64,000 bases of DNA, from assembly GCA_002353225.1 (NCBI GenBank), contig DEJF01000025.1, forward strand, positions 2,818-66,817, written 5' to 3'. Positions within the stretch are counted from its first letter, which is position 1; the number at the start of each line of letters is the position of its first letter. The position numbers were made by a program, and so were the translations under genes. This DNA is from Prevotella sp. UBA2755. GTDB lineage: Bacteria; Bacteroidota; Bacteroidia; Bacteroidales; Bacteroidaceae. Below are positions 19,643 to 29,415 of this stretch, one piece after another. The notes beneath the pieces are model-generated. The model was not told the origin of the DNA, did not search any database, and worked only from the letters and a program-made list of their open reading frames with translations.

Positions 19643-22600
19643 CTAATTAATCTTATAATCCAAGGCTGGTGTCTGTTCTATAAAACGCACCAAGGTACTC
19701 TTGACATCCACATATTTTGAAGTACTGCGCATCAACACGTGTCCCTTTCCCGTACGGTCTACCAATCGGAAATAGAGTTTGGTCTTACCAGGATTCTCGG
19801 CTATCAGTTCCCCTAAGTCTGTCACCACTTGCTCGTCCAACAAGTCTGTTGACAATGTAATGGTGATACGGTCAATGGCTTTCTCCTTTACCGTCTGCAG
19901 GTATTGCACATCCTGCACCTTCAGTTCCATCTGATCACTATATTGAAAACGCGGCTGCATCTTACCTGTGACATAGACGGCTGACCCTACTGTGAACATA
20001 CCACTTCGCTCTCCCCAGTCCTTTCCGAAGAGTCCTAACTCACCTGATCCCTCAAAATCCTCTATCGTCACAAAGCCACATGGCTCTCCCCGCTTGGTGA
20101 ATTTCTGACGGACATCCGTTACGATACCACCGAAAATAACATCCTCGCGGTCTGTCAGTTTCTGGGATTCCGACAAGTCGGCACAATGCGTGTTACAAAG
20201 ATTCTCCAATACGATACGATATTCGTCGAGGGGATGTGCAGAGAGATAAATTCCCACAAAGTCACGCTCACGATTCAGTCGCTCAATATCGCTCCACCGA
20301 CTTGTCTGTGGTATAGGTGGTGTGGCAATATCCACCTCATTCTCACCACCGAAGAGCGAGTTACGCATCTCCTGCTGTTCCATCTGGTACATCTGCCCAT
20401 AACGCATCAGCGTATCGAGGAACATCTCACCTTTGCTGTTCTCGCCAAAGAAACTCTCACGAGGTATACCAAAACTATCGAAGCCGCCACTTAGTACAAG
20501 ACTTTCAAATGCCTTACGATTGACATTAGAGAAGTTGATGCGTTGGGCAAAATCAAATATAGTCTTATAGGGTCCGTTTTTCTCCCGTTCGTCAATAATC
20601 GCCTGTACCACATTATCACCCATTCCCTTGATAGCGGCAAGTCCAAAGCGTATCTCTCCTTTTTTATTCACACCAAACTTCAGGTAACTCTCATTGACAT
20701 CAGGACCCAGTGTAGCGATGCCCATCGACTTACACTCATCCATCAACTTGGTAATCTCCGAGATCTGGTCACGACGACGACTCATAATGGCAGCCATGAA
20801 CTCCGCCGGATAGTTCGCTTTCAGATAGGCAGTCTGGAAGGCAACCCAGGAATAGCAGGCGGCATGCGACTTATTGAAGGCATAAGATGCGAAAGCCTCC
20901 CAGTCGCTCCATATCTTCTCCAACACCTTCGGGTCATGTCCGTTTTTCTTACCACCCTCGATAAACTTAGGTTTCATGGCATCAACGATGTCCTTTTTCT
21001 TCTTACCCATCGCCTTACGAAGGGCATCACTCTCACCACGGGTGAAATCAGCAAGAAGACGGGACAGCAACATCACCTGCTCCTGATAGACCGTAATACC
21101 ATAAGTATCCTTCAGGTATTTCTCCATCACAGGGATATCATAGGTGATAGGCTCCTCTCCACGCTTACGTTTGATAAACTGAGGGATATAGCCCATAGGT
21201 CCCGGACGGTATAGCGCATTCATCGCTATCAGGTCCTCAAAGACGGTCGGTTTCAGTTCACGCAGATATTTCTGCATACCACTCGACTCAAACTGGAAGG
21301 TACCAATGGTACGTCCCTGCTGGTACAACTCATAAGTCTTGGGGTCGTCAATGGGGATATTATCCAAGTCAACATCTATACCACGTGTCTGCTTGATAAT
21401 GTCACACGCCTCCTTCAACTCCGACAAGGTCTTCAGTCCGAGGAAGTCCATCTTGATAAGACCTGTCGACTCAATGACATGACCGTCATACTGCGTACAG
21501 TTTGTCTTCTGGTCCTTGAAGTCTGGGTCGTCAGCAGTCGATACAGGTACCCAGTCGCTGATAGGGTCACGACAGATGATAAAGCCGCAGGCATGAATAC
21601 CCGTTCCACGCACTGTTCCCTCCAACATCTTGGCATACTTAATGGTGTTCCGCAATGCAGGATCATTACTTGCCTCTGCCTCACGCAACTCAGGGACCGC
21701 CTTGATAGCATTCGTCAAGTTCATCTTCGGCGTCTTTCCATCCACATCCGGCAGACGGTCGGGAATAGCCTTACACAACGCATTCGAGGTGGGAATAGGC
21801 ACTTTCTCCACACGAGCGACATCCTTGATGGAGTTCTTGGTCGCCATCGTCGCATAGGTGATGATATGGGCACAGTTCTCGTGTCCGTATTTGTCCTCCA
21901 CCCATTTCAGCACCTTTCCACGACCATCATCGTCAAAGTCGGTATCGATATCAGGCAAAGAGATACGGTCGGGGTTGAGGAAACGCTCAAACAGCAAGTC
22001 GTATTTCAAAGGGTCTATCTTCGTGATACCCAAGCAATAGGCAACCACTGAGCCAGCGGCGGAGCCACGACCTGGTCCCACCATCACACCCAACTCGTCA
22101 CGTGCCGAGTTGATGAAGTCCTGCACGATCAGGAAGTAACCAGGGAAACCCATCGTCTTCATGATATGCAACTCAAAACGGATACGGTCGTCCACCTCCT
22201 TCGCCAACGGGTCGCCATACCTCTTCGCAGCACCTTTATAGGCAAGTTCGGCAAGGTAGTCAGCCTCAAACTTGATTCTATACAGTTTGTCGTAACCACC
22301 CAGTTTCTTGATTTTCTTCTCACCCTCCTCTGGGGGTAACTGGTTCTCACCGTTCTCATCACTGGTGAACTCATCATAGAGTTGCTGTTCCGTGAATTTC
22401 TGCCGCCATTGTTCCTCTGTTCCGAAAGACTCCGGGATGGGGAAGAACGGCATGATGGGGTCATGGTCAAGACTATATATCTCTACCTTGTCTAAGATCT
22501 CCAAGGTGTTAGACAATGCCTCTGGCACATCAGTGAAAATCGCATTCATCTCCTCTTTCGTCTTGAACCACTCCTGCTTGGAGTACAGCATACGGGTCGG

Positions 22601-23362
22601 GTCGTCCAAGTCCTTACCTGTCGACATACACAACAGGTGGTCATGCGCCTCGGCATTCTCCTGGTCAACGAAATGAGCATCGTTCGTACAGACGAGTTTG
22701 ATGCCATACTCCTTTGCTAACTCAATGATGACCTTATTCGCTTTCTGCTGCAAGGGGAAGGTCTCACGATTGGCACGGATGGTGGGGTCTGTCACCTCAT
22801 GACGTTGGATCTCCAGATAATAGTCATCGCCAAAGACACCATGATACCACTCTATCGCCTCACGAGCACCAGCGATATCCCCGTCTAGTATCTTCTTAGG
22901 CACCTCGCCAGCGATACAGGCAGAGCAGACGATGAGTCCCTCATGGTATTTCTCCAGATCGGCACGGTCCGTACGAGGACGCATATAGTAGCCGTCCACC
23001 CAGGAGTTGCTGACCAGTTTGATGAGGTTCTTATAACCTTTATAATTCTTGGCAAGCACTATCAAGTGATAACCACTCATGTCCTCCTTGCCACGTTTCA
23101 GTTCTTTGCTACCATGACGTGACACATACATCTCGCAGCCGAAGATGGGCTTGAAAGGCTCCAACCCCTCCTTCTTACGACCTTTATTGACACCCCCCAC
23201 ATAATCATGAAATTCCTTGATACCAAACATGTCACCATGGTCAGTAATCGCCATGCCACGCATGCCGTTACCAACAGCCTTATCTACCAGTTTCTTGATA
23301 CTCGACTGTCCATCGAGAATCGAGTAATAAGTATGAACATGTAAGTGTATGAAGTCTTCCAT
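19643..23362 (-). CDS. dnaE: DNA polymerase III alpha subunit
   Basis: PHP domain HLHVHT...TDHG, GPGRGSAAGS, PDIDTDF and YAFNKSH motifs; OB fold. Confidence 0.98.
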   Translation of the reverse strand: MEDFIHLHVHTYYSILDGQSSIKKLVDKAVGNGMRGMAITDHGDMFGIKEFHDYVGGVNKGRKKEGLEPFKPIFGCEMYVSRHGSKELKRGKEDMSGYHLIVLAKNYKGYKNLIKLVSNSWVDGYYMRPRTDRADLEKYHEGLIVCSACIAGEVPKKILDGDIAGAREAIEWYHGVFGDDYYLEIQRHEVTDPTIRANRETFPLQQKANKVIIELAKEYGIKLVCTNDAHFVDQENAEAHDHLLCMSTGKDLDDPTRMLYSKQEWFKTKEEMNAIFTDVPEALSNTLEILDKVEIYSLDHDPIMPFFPIPESFGTEEQWRQKFTEQQLYDEFTSDENGENQLPPEEGEKKIKKLGGYDKLYRIKFEADYLAELAYKGAAKRYGDPLAKEVDDRIRFELHIMKTMGFPGYFLIVQDFINSARDELGVMVGPGRGSAAGSVVAYCLGITKIDPLKYDLLFERFLNPDRISLPDIDTDFDDDGRGKVLKWVEDKYGHENCAHIITYATMATKNSIKDVARVEKVPIPTSNALCKAIPDRLPDVDGKTPKMNLTNAIKAVPELREAEASNDPALRNTIKYAKMLEGTVRGTGIHACGFIICRDPISDWVPVSTADDPDFKDQKTNCTQYDGHVIESTGLIKMDFLGLKTLSELKEACDIIKQTRGIDVDLDNIPIDDPKTYELYQQGRTIGTFQFESSGMQKYLRELKPTVFEDLIAMNALYRPGPMGYIPQFIKRKRGEEPITYDIPVMEKYLKDTYGITVYQEQVMLLSRLLADFTRGESDALRKAMGKKKKDIVDAMKPKFIEGGKKNGHDPKVLEKIWSDWEAFASYAFNKSHAACYSWVAFQTAYLKANYPAEFMAAIMSRRRDQISEITKLMDECKSMGIATLGPDVNESYLKFGVNKKGEIRFGLAAIKGMGDNVVQAIIDEREKNGPYKTIFDFAQRINFSNVNRKAFESLVLSGGFDSFGIPRESFFGENSKGEMFLDTLMRYGQMYQMEQQEMRNSLFGGENEVDIATPPIPQTSRWSDIERLNRERDFVGIYLSAHPLDEYRIVLENLCNTHCADLSESQKLTDREDVIFGGIVTDVRQKFTKRGEPCGFVTIEDFEGSGELGLFGKDWGERSGMFTVGSAVYVTGKMQPRFQYSDQMELKVQDVQYLQTVKEKAIDRITITLSTDLLDEQVVTDLGELIAENPGKTKLYFRLVDRTGKGHVLMRSTSKYVDVKSTLVRFIEQTPALDYKIN

Positions 23363-23503
23363 AAGAGATGTTTTTTCGCATTTTGAGGTGTAAAGATACG
23401 GCTAAAAGGTGAGATAGCCAAAAGAAAAACGTAAAAAATTTGTAAGATAGACAAAAATAACGTATCTTTGCATGTTGAACGAAAACAATCGACTTTGCCG
23501 ATC

Positions 23504-24202
23504 ATGGGAGAAAGAATCCAAAAAATAAAAAGACTCAAGAAAATTAGAATACACCGCGAGGGAACCAATGAACTGACGATTAGTATGTTGCTGCTGATTG
23601 GTATCGGTTTTCTCCTCTGGTATATGATAGACAACCCCATCCCCTTCTGGGTTTTTATCGCCATCTTTGGTACAGCCTGGGCGATGGCACTCAACTTCTA
23701 TCGCTGTCCTATCCGTTATTTCAATGGTGACACAGAGAAACTGGTAGTGGCTCCTGCCGATGGTAAGATTGTGGTGATAGAGGAGACAGAGGAGAATGAG
23801 TATTTCCACGACAAGCGTTTGATGATCAGTATCTTCATGAGTCCGCTGAATGTCCATGCCAACTGGTTTCCTGTGGATGGCAAGGTGAAGTTCGTACACC
23901 ACCAGAACGGCAACTACCATAAGGCATGGCTGCCAAAGGCGAGTGAGGAGAATGAGCATGCAGACATCATGATTACCACCCCTGACGGTGAGGATATCCT
24001 CGTGCGTCAGATAGCCGGTGCGATGGCACGACGCATCGTGACCTACGCCAAGGCTGGGGAGGAGTGTTATATCGACGAGCACTTAGGATTCATCAAACTC
24101 GGCTCTCGTGTGGATGTTTTCCTGCCTTTAGGCTCTAAGCCTTGTGTGATTATGAACCAGCCGACGACTGGTGACCAGACTGTGATAGCAAAACTGAAGT
24201 AA
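23504..24202 (+). CDS. psd: Phosphatidylserine decarboxylase proenzyme
   Basis: [22 protein letters not shown] and LGSRVD cleavage motif. Confidence 0.93.
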   Translation: MGERIQKIKRLKKIRIHREGTNELTISMLLLIGIGFLLWYMIDNPIPFWVFIAIFGTAWAMALNFYRCPIRYFNGDTEKLVVAPADGKIVVIEETEENEYFHDKRLMISIFMSPLNVHANWFPVDGKVKFVHHQNGNYHKAWLPKASEENEHADIMITTPDGEDILVRQIAGAMARRIVTYAKAGEECYIDEHLGFIKLGSRVDVFLPLGSKPCVIMNQPTTGDQTVIAKLK

Positions 24203-24898
24203 ATGAGTATCAAGAAACACATCCCTAATACCATCACATGCTGCAACCTCATCTCTGGTTGTATCGCCACCTATTGGGCTCTTTGTGGTGTCTGGGACAC
24301 AGCATTACTGTTTATCATCATTGGTGCTGTCTTCGACTTCTTCGACGGCATGAGTGCCCGTCTGCTTGGAGTCAGTTCACCTATTGGCAAGGAACTGGAC
24401 TCCCTTGCTGATGATGTCACCTTCGGCTTTGCCCCTTCTGCTATCATCTTCGACTTCCTGAAAAGCGGTATGGAGTATCTGCCATGGCACTATCTCGCCT
24501 ATGCGGCATTCATCATGGCGGCATTCTCTGCCTTGCGTCTTGCCAAGTTCAACCTTGACGAGCGACAGGCAATGGGATTTATCGGACTGCCCACCCCTGC
24601 CAATGCCCTCTTCTGGGGAGCACTATTGGTAGGAGCAGGTGACTGGCTGGCATCATCGCCCTACCTGTACTACCTTGTTTTCGTAGGTATGCTCATCAGT
24701 TGTTACCTCTTGATTGCCGAGATTCCTATGTTTGCCTTGAAGTTCAAGCACTGGGGATGGAAAGGGAATGAGATCAAATATATCTTCCTGCTGACCTGTA
24801 TACCCTTGCTCGCCTTCCTGGGAATCAGTGGACTGGCAGCCATCATCGCATGGTATATTATCTTGTCGATAGCGACATCCAAGCATACTAATAACTAA
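24203..24898 (+). CDS. pssA: CDP-diacylglycerol--serine O-phosphatidyltransferase
   Basis: DFFDGMSAR...GKELDSLAD CDP-alcohol phosphotransferase motif; follows psd. Confidence 0.93.
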   Translation: MSIKKHIPNTITCCNLISGCIATYWALCGVWDTALLFIIIGAVFDFFDGMSARLLGVSSPIGKELDSLADDVTFGFAPSAIIFDFLKSGMEYLPWHYLAYAAFIMAAFSALRLAKFNLDERQAMGFIGLPTPANALFWGALLVGAGDWLASSPYLYYLVFVGMLISCYLLIAEIPMFALKFKHWGWKGNEIKYIFLLTCIPLLAFLGISGLAAIIAWYIILSIATSKHTNN

Positions 24899-24911
24899 AA
24901 ATCTTACTTCT

Positions 24912-25289
24912 ATGAAGGACTATGGGTTTGTTATCTTTGTTTTCTTTGTAGTCGTTTTCCTTCTTCTATTGACAGGCGGAAATATCATCCGCTATCTTAA
25001 AAATGCGAAGAAGAACGCAAAGAAAGCCGCTGATGAGAGGGCACAGAACTATCGTGACGAGACAGCCCGGCAGCAACGTCAGTATTATTATAGCAGACAG
25101 GCTGCCGCACCTAAGGGAAACACTAAGCCCCGTGCCGAGCAAGTGAGAGAGCCTGAGGTGGAAGAACCCGTAGAAACACATACCAAGACAGCCACAGGTG
25201 AGACGATTATCGACCGCCGCTCAGGGCGAGAGAATAAGAAGATTTACAAAGACGCTGAAGGAGAGTATGTAGAATTCAGTGAGGAATAG
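24912..25289 (+). CDS. DUF4834-like membrane-anchored protein
   Basis: N-terminal TM and C-terminal KKIY...EGEYVEFSEE motif. Confidence 0.75.
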   Translation: MKDYGFVIFVFFVVVFLLLLTGGNIIRYLKNAKKNAKKAADERAQNYRDETARQQRQYYYSRQAAAPKGNTKPRAEQVREPEVEEPVETHTKTATGETIIDRRSGRENKKIYKDAEGEYVEFSEE

Positions 25290-25295
25290 CCTGCC

Positions 25296-25372
25296 GACTT
25301 AGAGTCAAACAACCGGTTGCCTGGAGTCGAACGATCGGTTGACTCCAGGCAACCGTTAATTAGGATGCTTCT
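25296..25372. repeat. 22-bp-period palindromic array / long hairpin
   Basis: GAGTC at 25302 and 25324; CGGTTG at 25314 and 25336; perfect 15-bp inverted repeat 25314-25328 / 25341-25355. Confidence 0.7.
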
Positions 25373-25410
25373 AACACCTACGAAGAACGGGTTTTTCACC
25401 GTGCTTAGGA

Positions 25411-26121
25411 TTACGGATGCACCAGCGTTCCGATATCCTCGCCAGCCATCACCTTCTTCAGATTACCTACGATATCCATGTTAAACACATAGATGGGCAG
25501 GTTATTATCCTGACACATACAGATAGCCGTGAGGTCCATCACCTTCAGACCACGTGCCAACACCTCCTTGTAAGTAATCTCATTGAACTTCGTAGCGGTG
25601 GGATCCTTTTCTGGGTCTGCCGTATAGACACCATCCACACGGGTACCTTTCAGCATCACGTCGGCCTCGATCTCGATGCCACGCAGACTGGAGCCGGTAT
25701 CTGTGGTGAAATAAGGATTACCTGTTCCTGCGGAGAAGATACAGATATAGCCCTGTTCCATAGCCTCGATAGCCTTCCATTTGGTATAGAACTCCCCAAT
25801 AGGTTCCATACGGATAGCCGTCATCACCTTGTTTTTCACACCAATAGCCCCTAACGCGGAACTAAGAGCGAGGGAGTTGATGACAGTAGCACACATACCC
25901 ATCTGGTCGCCTTTCACACGATCGAAGCCCTTCTGTGAGCCGCTCAGTCCACGGAAGATATTACCACCACCAATGACAATACCAATCTGGACACCCATCT
26001 CACTCACTTCCTTGATCTGACGGGCATAGTCGCTCAGACGCTCCGGGTCGATACCATAACCCTGTTTTCCCATCAGGCTCTCTCCTGAGAGTTTCAGGAG
26101 GATTCTCTTAAATCTTGCCAT
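25411..26121 (-). CDS. pyrH: UMP kinase
   Basis: LLKLSGE, GGGNIFRG, GTGNPYFTTD and DGVYTADP motifs. Confidence 0.98.
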   Translation of the reverse strand: MARFKRILLKLSGESLMGKQGYGIDPERLSDYARQIKEVSEMGVQIGIVIGGGNIFRGLSGSQKGFDRVKGDQMGMCATVINSLALSSALGAIGVKNKVMTAIRMEPIGEFYTKWKAIEAMEQGYICIFSAGTGNPYFTTDTGSSLRGIEIEADVMLKGTRVDGVYTADPEKDPTATKFNEITYKEVLARGLKVMDLTAICMCQDNNLPIYVFNMDIVGNLKKVMAGEDIGTLVHP

Positions 26122-26176
26122 AATACTTCTTTTTTAATTCGATATTTCGTTATTTCGATATGCCGATATGCCGACA

Positions 26177-26878
26177 TCAAATGATAAATTGCACTTCTTT
26201 AAACGCATAGCGCCGCTCCTGACCGTTGTCATCGCACAGCACCAGATGCCCGTCGTCCTCCACATCCACTATCTCTGCCATGAAGGGACCACCCTTATCT
26301 ACATAGGGATGAAAGCCCTTGCGACGATACAACATGGACAGGTATTCCTCCTTGTTATATTTCCCCAAGTACTCCTCGAAAGTACGAAGAATCTCTGTTA
26401 ATAACTGCTCGCAGTCTGTCTCCTGCTCACAGATCTGCCACATAGACACAGGGTTGGGAGCATTGCTCTTGAAGACACGCTGGTTGATATTCAGTCCTAT
26501 ACCAATGATACAGTCTTTCACACTGTTGCCCATCAGGGTGTTCTCTATCAAGATACCGCCAATTTTACCGTCACGCCAATAGATGTCATTGGGCCATTTG
26601 ATGCTCAGGTCACCGATATATTCCCCCAGCACCTTACAGATGGCAAGTGAGATAGCCATCGATATGCGGAACTGTCTGTGAGCCCGGACCCCATTAGGAT
26701 GCAGGAGCATGGAGAAGGTCAGGTTCTTACCCCGCTCACTCTCCCAATGGTTCGTGCCACATCCACGTCCAGCCGTCTGGTAGTCTGCCCACACGACCAC
26801 ATTCCCCTCACCGCCCCGCTCACGAAGCCAGCGGTTGGTGGAGTCTGTCTCGACAATATGTATTATTTCCCATTCCAT
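26177..26878 (-). CDS. birA: Biotin--[acetyl-CoA-carboxylase] ligase (no HTH)
   Basis: DSTN, QTAGRG, KWPND, KIGGILIE and IGIGLN motifs. Confidence 0.95.
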   Translation of the reverse strand: MEWEIIHIVETDSTNRWLRERGGEGNVVVWADYQTAGRGCGTNHWESERGKNLTFSMLLHPNGVRAHRQFRISMAISLAICKVLGEYIGDLSIKWPNDIYWRDGKIGGILIENTLMGNSVKDCIIGIGLNINQRVFKSNAPNPVSMWQICEQETDCEQLLTEILRTFEEYLGKYNKEEYLSMLYRRKGFHPYVDKGGPFMAEIVDVEDDGHLVLCDDNGQERRYAFKEVQFII

Positions 26879-26917
26879 GTTGCAAAATTACAAAAAAAGT
26901 CGTAATTTTGCAACATG
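26876..26917. promoter_or_regulatory. Palindromic bidirectional promoter for birA and tadA
   Basis: CATGTTGCAAAATTAC-N10-GTAATTTTGCAACATG; each strand has TTG-N20-TAATTTTG-CAAC-ATG. Confidence 0.75.
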
Positions 26918-27367
26918 ACAGCAGAAGAACAACAAAAAAAAGACGAGCAGTATATGCGGAAGGCTCTTGCCGAGGCACAACAAGCCTTCGAGGAGGGGGA
27001 GATTCCCATTGGTGCCGTCATCGTATGCAAGGACCGTATCATCGCCAGAGCCCATAACCTGACAGAGACGTTGCATGATGTGACCGCTCATGCTGAGATG
27101 CAGGCTATCACTGCCGCTGCCAATGAGTTAGGAGGGAAATACCTGACAGACTGCACCCTTTATGTCACCATAGAGCCTTGCACGATGTGTGCCGGTGCCC
27201 TTGGCTGGTCGCAGATCAGTCGTATCGTCTATGGAGCAGTAGACGAAAAACGGGGCTACCAGTTGTATGCCCCGCATGCGCTTCATCCCAAGGCTTCTGT
27301 CACCAAGGGTGTCTTAGAGGAAGAATGCAGAGCGTTGATTCAGGATTTCTTCAAGAACAAACGCTGA
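26915..27367 (+). CDS. tadA: tRNA adenosine deaminase-like nucleoside deaminase
   Basis: EIPIGAV, HAE and EPCTMC motifs. Confidence 0.9.
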   Translation: MTAEEQQKKDEQYMRKALAEAQQAFEEGEIPIGAVIVCKDRIIARAHNLTETLHDVTAHAEMQAITAAANELGGKYLTDCTLYVTIEPCTMCAGALGWSQISRIVYGAVDEKRGYQLYAPHALHPKASVTKGVLEEECRALIQDFFKNKR

Positions 27368-27380
27368 GCATTCTTCTACC

Positions 27381-27737
27381 TTATTCTATAATATGCTTCG
27401 CTATTGTCTCCAGACAAATCTTGCTACTGACAGGTTTCGATAAGAAATCGTTACATCCCGCCTGCTTCGCATCCTCCTTATCGGTATCAAAAGCGTTAGC
27501 CGTCAAGGCGATAATGGGCATGGATGGATTCTTCGACTTGATCTGACGGGTAGCCTCCAAGCCATCCATCACGGGCATCTTTAAGTCCATCAACACCAAG
27601 TCAGGCTTCTCCGTATCCACCATCTCAACTGCCTCCTGTCCATTACGAGCCCTTACGAACTCGTAATGCTTTTTCAGGATATACGTCATCAGCATATAGT
27701 TGCTGTCGTTATCTTCCGCTATCAATATTTTCCTCAT
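27381..27737 (-). CDS. Single-domain response regulator (REC only)
   Basis: ILIAEDN, LMDLKMPVMDG, ALTA and SKP motifs; 118 aa. Confidence 0.93.
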   Translation of the reverse strand: MRKILIAEDNDSNYMLMTYILKKHYEFVRARNGQEAVEMVDTEKPDLVLMDLKMPVMDGLEATRQIKSKNPSMPIIALTANAFDTDKEDAKQAGCNDFLSKPVSSKICLETIAKHIIE

Positions 27738-27755
27738 AATACATTTGCTAAATGA

Positions 27756-29288
27756 TTACTGCTGCGATTCTTCAGGTAGTTCCTCCGGTTTCTGAGGCTC
27801 CTGACCTGGGACATAAGCCCTCCATCGCCATAACTTGGTCATATCCTCCAGTGACTTACCCTTGGTCTCAGGAACGAGTCTCCATACAAACAGAGCAGCA
27901 ATCACACAGATGACACCATAGAGTCCGTAGGTGAACCAATGTCCGAAGTCATCACCTTCTGTCAGATGCATATTGAACATCGGCACGAAAGTCGAACTGA
28001 CGATGAAGTTGAAGATCCACTGGAAAGCGACGGCGATAGCCACTGCCGCACCACGGATCGTATTGGGGAATATCTCTGCGATAAGTACCCAGCAGATGGG
28101 ACCCCATGAGAACATAAAGGAAGCGGAGTACACCATGATACTGATGGCGGTCACCATCTCCATACCTGCCTTGCCGAAGGTCAAGGCGACACCAAAGGCG
28201 CCTAATGCCATACCCAGGGAGCCCCAGATAAGCAAAGGCTTACGTCCTAACTTCTCGACAGTGAAGATAGCAACCAGGGTGAACAGGATATTGATGATAC
28301 CCATGAAGACCGTAATCACCATCGGGTTCTCCATACCCATATCACCGAAGATACGTGGAGCATAGTACAGCACTGCATTGATACCTACTGCCTGTTGGAA
28401 GACGGAGAGCATGATACCGATGAAGATACACATCGCACCATAGGTCATCAGTTTCTCTGTCTTCTGCACCAATGTCTCCTTAATAGCATTGAGGATAAAC
28501 TGCCCACGGTCGGTTCCGTTGATCTTGACAAGTACCTCAAGGGCTCTCTCATCCTTTCCGACAGAGACGAGATATCGGGGAGTCTCAGGAACGAAGCATA
28601 TCAACAGGGAGAAGAGTCCTGCCGGCACAGCCTCGCTTCCGAACATATAACGCCAACCGGTAGTAACGGTCCACTGTGCAGCAGGAGTAATGTTGGCAAT
28701 ACCCTTACCCATCTCCTCCACCAACGGCTGGATATGATCACCCAGGATAAAGAAGTTCACGAAATAGACAACCAACTGTCCGAAGATGATAGCGAACTGG
28801 TTACAACTCACCAGCATACCACGGATATTGGAAGGAGCCACCTCACTGATATACATCGGACAGATGGCAGAGGCAAGACCTACGCCAATACCACCGATAA
28901 CACGATAGAAGTTAAACATAATGAGGAGGGAGTATGTGGGCTCTCCATAGTTAAAGAACAAGAACTCCGGGTCCATCGATCCCAATGCGGAGATGAAGAA
29001 CAGGAGTCCTGCGATCACCAGTGAGCGCTTACGTCCTAAATTGGTGGCAAGGAATCCTGAAAGCGCAGAACCGATGATACATCCTATCAATGCGGAAGCA
29101 GACGTGAAGCCGTGCCATCCGTCAGTATAGGAAAAGTCCTTCGCCTCAGAGAAAAATGCTTGAAGTCCTTTCTCTGCACCAGAGATCACTGCGGTGTCAT
29201 AACCAAATAAAAGACCGCCTAAGACAGCGACCAGTACAATAGAAAACAAGTAGGCTGAACTACCTCTCTTTTGATATTCCATATTCAT
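27756..29288 (-). CDS. xylE: D-xylose:H+ symporter (sugar porter MFS)
   Basis: GGLLFGYDTAVISG, PETPR, QQAVGINAVLYY, WGPICW and PETKG motifs. Alternative start at 29282. Confidence 0.9.
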   Translation of the reverse strand: MNMEYQKRGSSAYLFSIVLVAVLGGLLFGYDTAVISGAEKGLQAFFSEAKDFSYTDGWHGFTSASALIGCIIGSALSGFLATNLGRKRSLVIAGLLFFISALGSMDPEFLFFNYGEPTYSLLIMFNFYRVIGGIGVGLASAICPMYISEVAPSNIRGMLVSCNQFAIIFGQLVVYFVNFFILGDHIQPLVEEMGKGIANITPAAQWTVTTGWRYMFGSEAVPAGLFSLLICFVPETPRYLVSVGKDERALEVLVKINGTDRGQFILNAIKETLVQKTEKLMTYGAMCIFIGIMLSVFQQAVGINAVLYYAPRIFGDMGMENPMVITVFMGIINILFTLVAIFTVEKLGRKPLLIWGSLGMALGAFGVALTFGKAGMEMVTAISIMVYSASFMFSWGPICWVLIAEIFPNTIRGAAVAIAVAFQWIFNFIVSSTFVPMFNMHLTEGDDFGHWFTYGLYGVICVIAALFVWRLVPETKGKSLEDMTKLWRWRAYVPGQEPQKPEELPEESQQ

Positions 29289-29415
29289 GTTTTAATGTTA
29301 GTATTTTCTTAATTAAATACAAAAGTAATGCTTTTTTGGTAAATTCCTTGCTAATCCGCTACTTTTTAACTAATTTTGTCGGAAGATATTATGTAACTAC
29401 AAAACATTTATACGA

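Noticed and set aside
22260-22430. Extra ~55-aa segment in DnaE as an intein
   Set aside because: No Cys/Ser start or His-Asn end and no endonuclease motifs; it looks like the lineage-typical insertion after the PHP domain.
26136-26177. 8-bp degenerate repeat (ATTTCGAT/ATGCCGAT) between birA and pyrH
   Set aside because: Short simple tandem tract with no other copy or functional cue seen.
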